Shown piece after piece: positions 53,101 to 64,000 of a stretch of 64,000 nt of DNA (its first letter is position 1; each line of letters opens with the position of its first letter). Source of the stretch: Phoronis australis (lineage: Eukaryota > Animalia > Phoronida); the NCBI GenBank assembly GCA_002633005.1, contig NMRA01000081.1:946353-1010352 (forward strand), written 5' to 3'. Under the pieces are notes generated by a model, which searched no databases, was not told where the DNA came from, and worked only from the letters and a program-made list of their open reading frames with translations. The translations under genes and the position numbers were made by a program.

Positions 53101-54065
53101 TTTCAGCTAGTAAAGATCACAGGCAAGCAGGAAAACAATTAATTCTATGAGATGCGAAGTAATCTGTAAAGAAAATTAAATGCACAATAATGAGCAAATT
53201 GACTGCTATTTAGGTAGACACTTGCTAGTTGATACCGTGACTAGTCAACTGAAAAGGGCCAATCACCAAAAAAATTTACATGACACTGCACAAATTGCGT
53301 GCTGCTGTGTTTAGAGTAGTTTTTCTTCTGATATTAGGCTATGATACCAGGCAAACTTTCACGTCCTGTTTTGACTAAAATTTGGTGGTTATAGGAGAGA
53401 TATCACTCTGGACACAAGAAAGTCATTCATCTCTTGCCAGCAAGACTCACAAGTATAGTGACTCAATGACTTACTGATGCACATGGCTATTAACCAACAA
53501 ACTCCTCACACTTGAGCTCCCAACTCATAGTTCTCAATGCATGTTTAGAGCCAACATTTCCTAAATGCCAAGTTTGAAGGTCTTTTCACTTGATAATATT
53601 TCCGTGTACTTAATAAACAGTACAGATACCCTTTCAGTAAATATCAGCCGAGGTTCCCAGATCACAATAAGCTCAATAGTCTTTCACTAATGTCTAGAGA
53701 CAAAATCTGTTGAAAACACAACAATGTTATTAATTTTTAACTATTTTTGCTCGAGGTCTACTGGAGGGGCTGCCTCCAAAACATTCTGATGTCTAGAGAA
53801 TGTACACACACGTTAAGACATAACAGACACTGCTAGCCACGTGAAATCAAGAAGTTAGGAAAAACCTTACCAGATATCTAAGCTGCTTCTCTGGTGTAGG
53901 TTTTCTGGTAATTTATAAAAATTGCATAACCAACAGCCCCTTTAGTTATGTCCATCTACTAAATTTTCTCAGCATGGAAATGGTTACTGAAATTCTCTGG
54001 TCACATTGTCCTGAAACGAAGTCCACTTACATGGCCCTATAGTAAAGTTGCTCCTTCAGCAAATA

Positions 54066-56242
54066 TCAGCTTGGATCCCACGGCGGCTCCGCGTTCACGT
54101 CTAACTGTTGACGGTGCAGCGCTCTGCCTTCAGGAGTCTCCTCGTAGAACAGGTAAGCTGAGCCACCCTACAATGGGAGAGGCAAGTTAACAGTAATATT
54201 ATCTAGAAGTTCTGAATGTGGCCGAGTATATTAAATATGATTTAAGATACTCGTCAAGATGAACGAACATCAGAAAGTATAGAGAAATCTCAGACCTATC
54301 CGACAGAGACAGGCACTTGGATATATATCTCAGAGCTATCCGGCAGAGACAGGCACATGGACATATACCTCAGACCTATCCATTAGAGACAGGCACATGG
54401 ACATGTATCTCAGAGCTATGTGGCAGAGACAGGCATATGGACATATATCTCATAGCTATACAGCAGAGACAGGCACATGGACATATATCTCAGAGCTATC
54501 CGGCTGAGACAGGCACATGGACATGTATCGCAGTTGGCCTTGTACTCCACATGCTTTTCCTGCAACTTACAACTCATTCCGGCAAAATAGTCAGGGTCAT
54601 GTCCCTTAGTACTTTCCATAGATAGAGAAACACTTCAGAAGAGTGAACCTGCTTTCGAATGCAAACAAATACAATACTGCAAAGACAATCATATAGACCC
54701 TAATTTTCCACAATAAACAATAATAGACAGAATCGGTCTTCTTTCACAGTAAAAAACAAAATCAAACTGCATTTTATGTTTGCTAAAGCTGGTTGTTGTA
54801 TTTTCGAAAACAAAAGATCACGAGTCTCTACAACTGCAACTTCTTTCTGACAGGTTTTATTGCTCACAAACAAAAACCCCACATGAATAATTTGAAGCCA
54901 CTGTGGACATCTGGGACCTCCTACTCTGATAAGAGTGAGTGCACCACCAAAAGACTTGCCATGAACAATTGTAGAAACTTTATAGTGTCATATATCCCCT
55001 AGTGCAAGCAGCGTAAAAACGGCCAGTTGCAGGTTTGGGCAGCTGAACAAAGGACTGTTGAAAAAAGTTTGACTGCCGGAGTATATTTGTTCTAGCTGGG
55101 AAGAGTTTTAACACATGAACGGCCTCCTCAGGTACCCCCTCTATGCGCAAAAGATACTTATATATGATTTTGATGGTTAAGTATGAAGCACAGTTCGTCA
55201 ATAAGCTTTTGGCAGATGGAAAGCCTACGGGATGGCCACCGTCTGCACTGGGGCTGGCTGAGACGGTGGTACTGTCTACCATGGAAGTAGACAGTGACCA
55301 TAGTCTCTAGTTAAGCTACAGACGTTGAAGCTTCTAATACCACTTCACACGCCAGAAGCTTTTTGGCGAATTATGCCTCATACTGACTAAAACATCAAGG
55401 TCATGTTGTTATAATAACCTTTTGCGCAAGAGGGACATCTTAGGAGGTCGTCAATGTTTTTAATTCCTTCCAACTCAAACAAATACTCCCGTTATCAAAC
55501 TTTTTCTTCGAGCAGTCCCTCGCTCAGTTCCCAACTCATCATTTTTACACCGTGCATGCCAGGGGATGTGACGTCACACCACCTGCCAGGCGCAGTGTTA
55601 AAAATGGTGAGTTACCAATTTTGAAAACTGAACGAGGGACTGCTCGAAAAGTTTGATAACGAGAGTATTTCGTCGAGTTGGGAGGAATTAATTACATCAA
55701 CAGCCTCCTAAGGCGTCCCTATATGTCCAAACGGTACCATAACAACAAGACTTCGAATTTTTAATCAGTGTGAGGCATACATCACCGATAGGCTTCCGGC
55801 GTACAAAGCACCTATAGGAGCTACACCGTCTGTAGTTTAACTAGAGACAGTGGTCACTGTCACAGTCTCCATGGGAGTGGAACTGGTGGTGGGGAGTTGA
55901 ATTTGGTCCTCAATCCTCAGGAACAGAGGCACTTTCCCCCATGGGTAAGCGAGGGTCCTGAATTTGCCGGTCAGTTTAAAAATACCTAAAATCTTTGCAT
56001 ACGGTGAACGTGGATTGAACGTATCAGTAAGCCTCTACGACACCCCAAAGAACAGCCACCCCCTCGCAGCCGTGCCGACGAGTGGACAGTACCAACGTCT
56101 CAACTGGCAGACGAACAGACGAGCACGCTGGATCGATTTTGTTTTACCAAAAATTCAAGCAAAATAAACGTTATTGTCGTGACTATGTTACCAAAACTGT
56201 AGGTTCCTGCCCGCTGTCTTGTCCTTTGTTTTCGGACGGAAT
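54066..56242 (-). CDS. Non-AUG (AUU)-initiated regulatory uORF (uCC) in the ODC 5' leader, 50 codons, two exons
   Basis: 56242-56192 (ACC ATT CCG...GTT TTG|gtaaca) plus 54167-54066 (ttgtag|GGT...AGC TGA), both phase 0: (I/M)PSENKGQDSGQEPTVL-GGSAYLFYEETPEGRALHRQQLDVNAEPPWDPS*. This matches the known AUU-CCG start and PPWxPS* end of ODC/antizyme-inhibitor uCCs. Confidence 0.88.
54287..54529. repeat. 40-bp tandem repeat, 6 copies, ODC intron 1
   Basis: Unit ATCTCAGAGCTATCCGGCAGAGACAGGCACATGGACATAT. Confidence 0.9.
55279..55873. repeat. Long imperfect palindrome (foldback/MITE-like) centred on GTGACGTCAC
   Basis: Arms pair in order, for example GACAGTGACCATAGTCTCTAGTTAAGCTACAGACG with CGTCTGTAGTTTAACTAGAGACAGTGGTCACTGTC, and TCGAGCAGTCCCTCG with CGAGGGACTGCTCGA. 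Confidence 0.85.
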
Positions 56243-56328
56243 GGTGAATGTGTTTAAGAGACCCAATCGACAAAAAACAGAACTTCTCCTTCTCGTCTCC
56301 TTGCTCTTGTCCTCTCGGCTACAGTGTG

Positions 56329-57085
56329 NNNNNNNNNNNNNNNNNNNNNNNNNNNNNNNNNNNNNNNNNNNNNNNNNNNNNNNNNNNNNNNNNNNNNNNN
56401 NNNNNNNNNNNNNNNNNNNNNNNNNNNNNNNNNNNNNNNNNNNNNNNNNNNNNNNNNNNNNNNNNNNNNNNNNNNNNNNNNNNNNNNNNNNNNNNNNNNN
56501 NNNNNNNNNNNNNNNNNNNNNNNNNNNNNNNNNNNNNNNNNNNNNNNNNNNNNNNNNNNNNNNNNNNNNNNNNNNNNNNNNNNNNNNNNNNNNNNNNNNN
56601 NNNNNNNNNNNNNNNNNNNNNNNNNNNNNNNNNNNNNNNNNNNNNNNNNNNNNNNNNNNNNNNNNNNNNNNNNNNNNNNNNNNNNNNNNNNNNNNNNNNN
56701 NNNNNNNNNNNNNNNNNNNNNNNNNNNNNNNNNNNNNNNNNNNNNNNNNNNNNNNNNNNNNNNNNNNNNNNNNNNNNNNNNNNNNNNNNNNNNNNNNNNN
56801 NNNNNNNNNNNNNNNNNNNNNNNNNNNNNNNNNNNNNNNNNNNNNNNNNNNNNNNNNNNNNNNNNNNNNNNNNNNNNNNNNNNNNNNNNNNNNNNNNNNN
56901 NNNNNNNNNNNNNNNNNNNNNNNNNNNNNNNNNNNNNNNNNNNNNNNNNNNNNNNNNNNNNNNNNNNNNNNNNNNNNNNNNNNNNNNNNNNNNNNNNNNN
57001 NNNNNNNNNNNNNNNNNNNNNNNNNNNNNNNNNNNNNNNNNNNNNNNNNNNNNNNNNNNNNNNNNNNNNNNNNNNNNNNNNNNNN
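56329..57085. other. Assembly gap
   Basis: Run of N. Confidence 0.99.
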
Positions 57086-60000
57086 GTTCGAATTTCTAGA
57101 AAGGTGGACCTTTTGCAAGCGTCAACACTCGAGTTCTTGGTAAGGCGCTTGACGCAGGTTAATTATGGGGAAGGGAAATCTGTATCCACGGCAACGATGG
57201 CTCTCAGCTCTATGTTCCTGAGATAAGACGGAATTTGTAATACCTGAAATGAGGATGTCGCGACGGTTGCTTCCAAACAACAGGAATCAAATTCGGACGT
57301 AATGTGATCCATAATACTATAATAGACTAACTTTCTCGCCATACCGTGAATAACACGCCCTTCCTTCTGAGCAGCTTTCACCAGGATCAAAGAGAGTGCG
57401 GCGCCCGTGTCGGATACGGTTGTGTTGACCACATTGTCCTGCGCGAGCAAGACCCAATTAAGTGTAATAACCCGACAATAAACTGTCGTAGGCATCACTG
57501 CCTGTACATAATGACGAATTTTCAAAATGCCTTAATAAATAATTTTTGTTAAAAACAAATACCACGGCGGTATTCAGCTGAAAATAAAAAACAACCAAGT
57601 AAGGTTTTGGATTTTCAAAACTTTATGAAATTAAAAGCTAAAAACTACAAACATTGGGTACGATTGAAAATAAACGACCAAGCGCATCGATAAAATCTGG
57701 GTATTTACAAACGCTTATCAGAGTTAACAATATATCACATGGATTATTCTTTTAATATTCTTTCAATCTCGTTTAACCAGATTTTTGACTAGGAGTGTTT
57801 CTTTTAATACTTGTACGAAAATGGAGAATAAGTTTACTTTGGTTAAATTCAATTTAATGACCATTTTTTGTTTACAGATTCAAATGAAAATAAATAATGA
57901 ATAAACAAGATTGCTTATTTAGTTTAATAATGTCTAAGATTCTCTTGACAACTGTTGCCAACTTTATTAAAGTCTGCCATTATCTTGTGTCTTGTTTTAC
58001 TCACAGGTGTTCATTTAAATGGATGACACCAGTGAAATCTGCATAACCAACTTACACAGAGACATATAATTGCGCACTTGAAATAATTCTCAATATATGA
58101 TATAGTTGTAAAGCTATTATATCCACTATTACGAAAATATCATGACGTTCTGGAAAGCGCATGAATGAAACTGTGAAAGCTTGTATTAAATCACCAAAAC
58201 CTGTACAGAAAATCACTACAAGTTTTGTATTCACACACCACCTTCACTTCAACTTATTTTGTGAAATCATAAATATTGGATGTAAAAAAAATCGATGTCA
58301 TCTCATACACTGTTTTTGTGTTGTTTTTGTATATTTTAATGAAAAGTCTTTAAGTATTTTATGAAAATTCATTTTTTCTCACGTTTCCTAAAAAGTGCAC
58401 AAGGCACTTATCAAAAGTACCTAGCAGTTTGCTGCATATGTTATAGATGAATAAGCATTTAAGTTAAGTGTGAGTGTATGAACAGAAACTGTACCACGAT
58501 ATTTAAATATTACTAAAACATCAGGTGAAAACTGAACATCTTGGGGTTTTAAAACATCCTTAACTATTAACATTTCATTCATTACTTATACAGGCAATGG
58601 TGGCAGGTGTCAACTAAATTTCCAAAATATTTAGCGCAGGAAAACTATAAAACTAAACAATGACAGAAAACAAGAAATCGCAAATTCTATAGAACACATG
58701 TTTATTATAAATCTACAATAAGATTTGTAAGTAACCTGATCCCTTGATTCCCACATGAACTACAAATAACCTGGTCACAACATTCGATTATGCAGACAAA
58801 TAATACTTACATCTAATTGTATAATTCAGGGAAACTAAGTTTAAAAACAAAAAAGAATAACAATAACTGAGGTTGTCTGCCCAACATTAAAAACAACCAA
58901 GAGCCAAGAGCAATTTTTATCAAATCAGAAATTATTGGCTCTGTACTCTCACTTTTAAAGAAAAACTAATACAATGTAAGGCAGAACCTTATTGCAGGCA
59001 AAGGCACAAAAATTGAGGAAGCACTCCTGTTTCACAGACCTTTTTGCCTGACCCTGAGTCGCGAGACAGATGTCTCCCCTTTCCTACAGGCCTGACACTA
59101 GTCAAACAAAAAGACAAGTAGCCACAGATTCTTTAGTGCTGGTGACACAGTTATGTTAATCACGGCTTGTCATGTAAAATGTGCTCTAAGATCAATGTCG
59201 AAAGGGTCTACCCCTTTCACTCAGGTTTACTTATCCACTGCACCCATTTTACTTCCAACGATGGTTTCAGGAAGGTGGTCTAAAATCCGCAACAGCTTGG
59301 CCTGGCATGTGCATTCCGATGTTTAATGCTGGCTGTGGCTAAACTCTCGCAAACATTTATTCTGGCAGCTTTTTACACGTCAACATTGAGTGAGCGTAAA
59401 AAAATTGTCACCAGAAAAGAGTTTCACACAAAAAGCCTTTACATACTGTTGTTACTTGCCTAAGTGCGCGGGGTCACACATAAGTAGTCAAGTTAGTAGC
59501 AACACATACTGCAGAATAATCCCAAGATTATAAGGCAATGTGACAAACTATTGCACTATTGTTTCTTCAAATATGACGTTATGGAAAATCTGTTCAGACC
59601 ATTTTTACAAGTTTTGTCCCAGGGTTCATATTACAGCTGCTTGCACCCAAGTATGGATATTTTGTCACATCTCTTCTGCAAACTGAATCTGTTTTATGTT
59701 AATGGTTTGAACAACAATATTCCTACACAATCAGAGGAATGCACCATGTGCCCAAATTAGCAACCGAGTGTCGGCGTGTCCAATTTCACAAGCAACACGC
59801 CAACTATACAAATTCACAGTATCTGACTGTATCCTCCACTCACTGAATTTTAACACAATGGAAGGCACAGCAGGTCCAATGCCACTCCATGTTTCAAGAA
59901 AGTACAGTTCAAACCTGGCATAATCCCCAACCATGACCCAGAGGTCCAACAGAAGGGGTGCGTTTTATATTACCTCACTCTAGCGATGTTGCAGGTGGGG

Positions 60001-60728
60001 TCTGGTCTTGACACCTGAACTCCCTCAAGATCAGCGTGTCTACTATAACTACTAAGCATTTGTGCATAACGTGGCTGTTTGAAGTTTTGACCATGATGCA
60101 AAATAATGACCTATGGAATGTCTTCAAGTCTATGAAGTAATTTACTTGTGTTGAGCCAGACCAGAAACCTTCAGTCAAAGGTACTGCAACACCCTTCCAC
60201 AAAGCACTGTAAGTATACCCTTTGTGTATCTTGTACATGGTACAAACCTGTTCATGGTATTCAAAGTAGAACAAGTGGCAACATTACATGGATGTTCTGA
60301 GAAAAAAGTCAAAGTTAGAACAAATATCAATTCACTTCCCAAGCTCGCTCAAAACAAGTCACAGCAGTGATTGAAGTTGAATAAAGAGTGCTTCCACCAT
60401 CTTTACAAGATGCCATAACAATGAAACTATCCCCTACTAATTAAAAAATACATGGCACAGAATTACTTCCCCAGCTACTTAGCATTACAGTACCCTCAGA
60501 AAACATTACATCCAGATTGCAGTCTAAGTTCAAGTTTAAGCTTAATAGGGGAAATGACTAGGCTAAATATAGAATTAAGCAAAACTTGTTAATGACACTC
60601 ACATGTAACCTGTACAATCTCATATTAAGTCAATTGTGTTACAAACGAAATCAAAGTTCAAAATCTAAGATTTCAGCCTGATAACACGTTATCAAAATTT
60701 AGTGAAATCTATTTCAAAAAGAAAAAAA

Positions 60729-61011
60729 NNNNNNNNNNNNNNNNNNNNNNNNNNNNNNNNNNNNNNNNNNNNNNNNNNNNNNNNNNNNNNNNNNNNNNNN
60801 NNNNNNNNNNNNNNNNNNNNNNNNNNNNNNNNNNNNNNNNNNNNNNNNNNNNNNNNNNNNNNNNNNNNNNNNNNNNNNNNNNNNNNNNNNNNNNNNNNNN
60901 NNNNNNNNNNNNNNNNNNNNNNNNNNNNNNNNNNNNNNNNNNNNNNNNNNNNNNNNNNNNNNNNNNNNNNNNNNNNNNNNNNNNNNNNNNNNNNNNNNNN
61001 NNNNNNNNNNN
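60729..61011. other. Assembly gap
   Basis: Run of N. Confidence 0.99.
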
Positions 61012-64000
61012 CATGTGTTCGACGTTTGATAAAACAGCTCCGCAGGTTTCCTTACCTCAGTGCGGTACTGGTCAATTTTCTCATTAATGACATCACTCAC
61101 ACTCTGGCCAGTAGCCAGAGTTTCTATTGGGCAATTTGGGTTCATGTCTGGTCTCATTTTCAGCTAGTAAAGATCACAGGCAAGCAGGAAAACAATTAAT
61201 TCTATGAGATGCGAAGTAATCTGTAAAGAAAATTAAATGCACAATAATGAGCAAATTGACTGCTATTTAGGTAGACACTTGCTAGTTGATACCGTGACTA
61301 GTCAACTGAAAAGGGCCAATCACCAAAAAAATTTACATGACACTGCACAAATTGCGTGCTGCTGTGTTTAGAGTAGTTTTTCTTCTGATATTAGGCTATG
61401 ATACCAGGCAAACTTTCACGTCCTGTTTTGACTAAAATTTGGTGGTTATAGGAGAGATATCACTCTGGACACAAGAAAGTCATTCATCTCTTGCCAGCAA
61501 GACTCACAAGTATAGTGACTCAATGACTTACTGATGCACATGGCTATTAACCAACAAACTCCTCACACTTGAGCTCCCAACTCATAGTTCTCAATGCATG
61601 TTTAGAGCCAACATTTCCTAAATGCCAAGTTTGAAGGTCTTTTCACTTGATAATATTTCCGTGTACTTAATAAACAGTACAGATACCCTTTCAGTAAATA
61701 TCAGCCGAGGTTCCCAGATCACAATAAGCTCAATAGTCTTTCACTAATGTCTAGAGACAAAATCTGTTGAAAACACAACAATGTTATTAATTTTTAACTA
61801 TTTTTGCTCGAGGTCTACTGGAGGGGCTGCCTCCAAAACATTCTGATGTCTAGAGAATGTACACACACGTTAAGACATAACAGACACTGCTAGCCACGTG
61901 AAATCAAGAAGTTAGGAAAAACCTTACCAGATATCTAAGCTGCTTCTCTGGTGTAGGTTTTCTGGTAATTTATAAAAATTGCATAACCAACAGCCCCTTT
62001 AGTTATGTCCATCTACTAAATTTTCTCAGCATGGAAATGGTTACTGAAATTCTCTGGTCACATTGTCCTGAAACGAAGTCCACTTACATGGCCCTATAGT
62101 AAAGTTGCTCCTTCAGCAAATATCAGCTTGGATCCCACGGCGGCTCCGCGTTCACGTCTAACTGTTGACGGTGCAGCGCTCTGCCTTCAGGAGTCTCCTC
62201 GTAGAACAGGTAAGCTGAGCCACCCTACAATGGGAGAGGCAAGTTAACAGTAATATTATCTAGAAGTTCTGAATGTGGCCGAGTATATTAAATATGATTT
62301 AAGATACTCGTCAAGATGAACGAACATCAGAAAGTATAGAGAAATCTCAGACCTATCCGACAGAGACAGGCACTTGGATATATATCTCAGAGCTATCCGG
62401 CAGAGACAGGCACATGGACATATACCTCAGACCTATCCATTAGAGACAGGCACATGGACATGTATCTCAGAGCTATGTGGCAGAGACAGGCATATGGACA
62501 TATATCTCATAGCTATACAGCAGAGACAGGCACATGGACATATATCTCAGAGCTATCCGGCTGAGACAGGCACATGGACATGTATCGCAGTTGGCCTTGT
62601 ACTCCACATGCTTTTCCTGCAACTTACAACTCATTCCGGCAAAATAGTCAGGGTCATGTCCCTTAGTACTTTCCATAGATAGAGAAACACTTCAGAAGAG
62701 TGAACCTGCTTTCGAATGCAAACAAATACAATACTGCAAAGACAATCATATAGACCCTAATTTTCCACAATAAACAATAATAGACAGAATCGGTCTTCTT
62801 TCACAGTAAAAAACAAAATCAAACTGCATTTTATGTTTGCTAAAGCTGGTTGTTGTATTTTCGAAAACAAAAGATCACGAGTCTCTACAACTGCAACTTC
62901 TTTCTGACAGGTTTTATTGCTCACAAACAAAAACCCCACATGAATAATTTGAAGCCACTGTGGACATCTGGGACCTCCTACTCTGATAAGAGTGAGTGCA
63001 CCACCAAAAGACTTGCCATGAACAATTGTAGAAACTTTATAGTGTCATATATCCCCTAGTGCAAGCAGCGTAAAAACGGCCAGTTGCAGGTTTGGGCAGC
63101 TGAACAAAGGACTGTTGAAAAAAGTTTGACTGCCGGAGTATATTTGTTCTAGCTGGGAAGAGTTTTAACACATGAACGGCCTCCTCAGGTACCCCCTCTA
63201 TGCGCAAAAGATACTTATATATGATTTTGATGGTTAAGTATGAAGCACAGTTCGTCAATAAGCTTTTGGCAGATGGAAAGCCTACGGGATGGCCACCGTC
63301 TGCACTGGGGCTGGCTGAGACGGTGGTACTGTCTACCATGGAAGTAGACAGTGACCATAGTCTCTAGTTAAGCTACAGACGTTGAAGCTTCTAATACCAC
63401 TTCACACGCCAGAAGCTTTTTGGCGAATTATGCCTCATACTGACTAAAACATCAAGGTCATGTTGTTATAATAACCTTTTGCGCAAGAGGGACATCTTAG
63501 GAGGTCGTCAATGTTTTTAATTCCTTCCAACTCAAACAAATACTCCCGTTATCAAACTTTTTCTTCGAGCAGTCCCTCGCTCAGTTCCCAACTCATCATT
63601 TTTACACCGTGCATGCCAGGGGATGTGACGTCACACCACCTGCCAGGCGCAGTGTTAAAAATGGTGAGTTACCAATTTTGAAAACTGAACGAGGGACTGC
63701 TCGAAAAGTTTGATAACGAGAGTATTTCGTCGAGTTGGGAGGAATTAATTACATCAACAGCCTCCTAAGGCGTCCCTATATGTCCAAACGGTACCATAAC
63801 AACAAGACTTCGAATTTTTAATCAGTGTGAGGCATACATCACCGATAGGCTTCCGGCGTACAAAGCACCTATAGGAGCTACACCGTCTGTAGTTTAACTA
63901 GAGACAGTGGTCACTGTCACAGTCTCCATGGGAGTGGAACTGGTGGTGGGGAGTTGAATTTGGTCCTCAATCCTCAGGAACAGAGGCACTTTCCCCCATG
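61012..64000. repeat. Apparently identical duplicate of 52955-55943 (offset 8057), with second copies of the first ODC coding exon (61157-61056) and the uCC 3' exon (62224-62123)
   Basis: Identical ORF translations at a constant 8057-bp offset; begins immediately after a gap. Confidence 0.95.

Noticed and set aside
52532-53843. CACGTG E-boxes in ODC 5' introns as Myc sites
   Set aside because: Six-mers occur by chance at this density; no conservation data.
56082-57226. Long ORFs in the ORF track (also 60702-61199)
   Set aside because: Artefacts of translating through N gaps.
57163-57235. Alternative AUU-CCG start (ACAAATTCCG on the minus strand) for the uCC
   Set aside because: Runs into a stop without a convincing donor. 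The 56242 start has a phase-0 donor and gives the expected ~50 codons.
58690-60700. Possible 3'UTR or last exon of another minus-strand gene (AATAAA at 58701-58706)
   Set aside because: No coding exon could be identified and the contig is isolated between gaps.

Overview
Eukaryotic DNA from an AT-rich bilaterian invertebrate with spliceosomal introns and two assembly gaps. Four intron-containing genes were reconstructed by hand from splice sites and reading-frame phase: (1) the last three coding exons of an LTV1 homolog (+); (2) a two-exon, 170-aa secreted prepropeptide (-) with four basic-site- or stop-delimited peptides ending in GGEPI (three are WPGGEPI), which I cannot assign to any known family and consider the best novelty candidate; (3) a complete 7-exon KHDRBS/Sam68-family STAR RNA-binding protein (+); (4) a complete ornithine decarboxylase with 10 coding exons (-), whose leader carries a spliced, AUU-initiated 50-codon uORF ending in NAEPPWDPS* (polyamine-sensing uCC type). 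The rest holds Kolobok-type TTAA DNA transposons (one recent, with THAP/transposase and P2X7-ballast-like remnants), GC-rich MITEs with 5-bp target duplications, LINE remnants, a tRNA-derived element, tandem repeats, a long palindrome, and a seemingly exact 3-kb duplication of the ODC 5' region that is probably an assembly artefact. All identifications come from recalled motifs; no database search was run.
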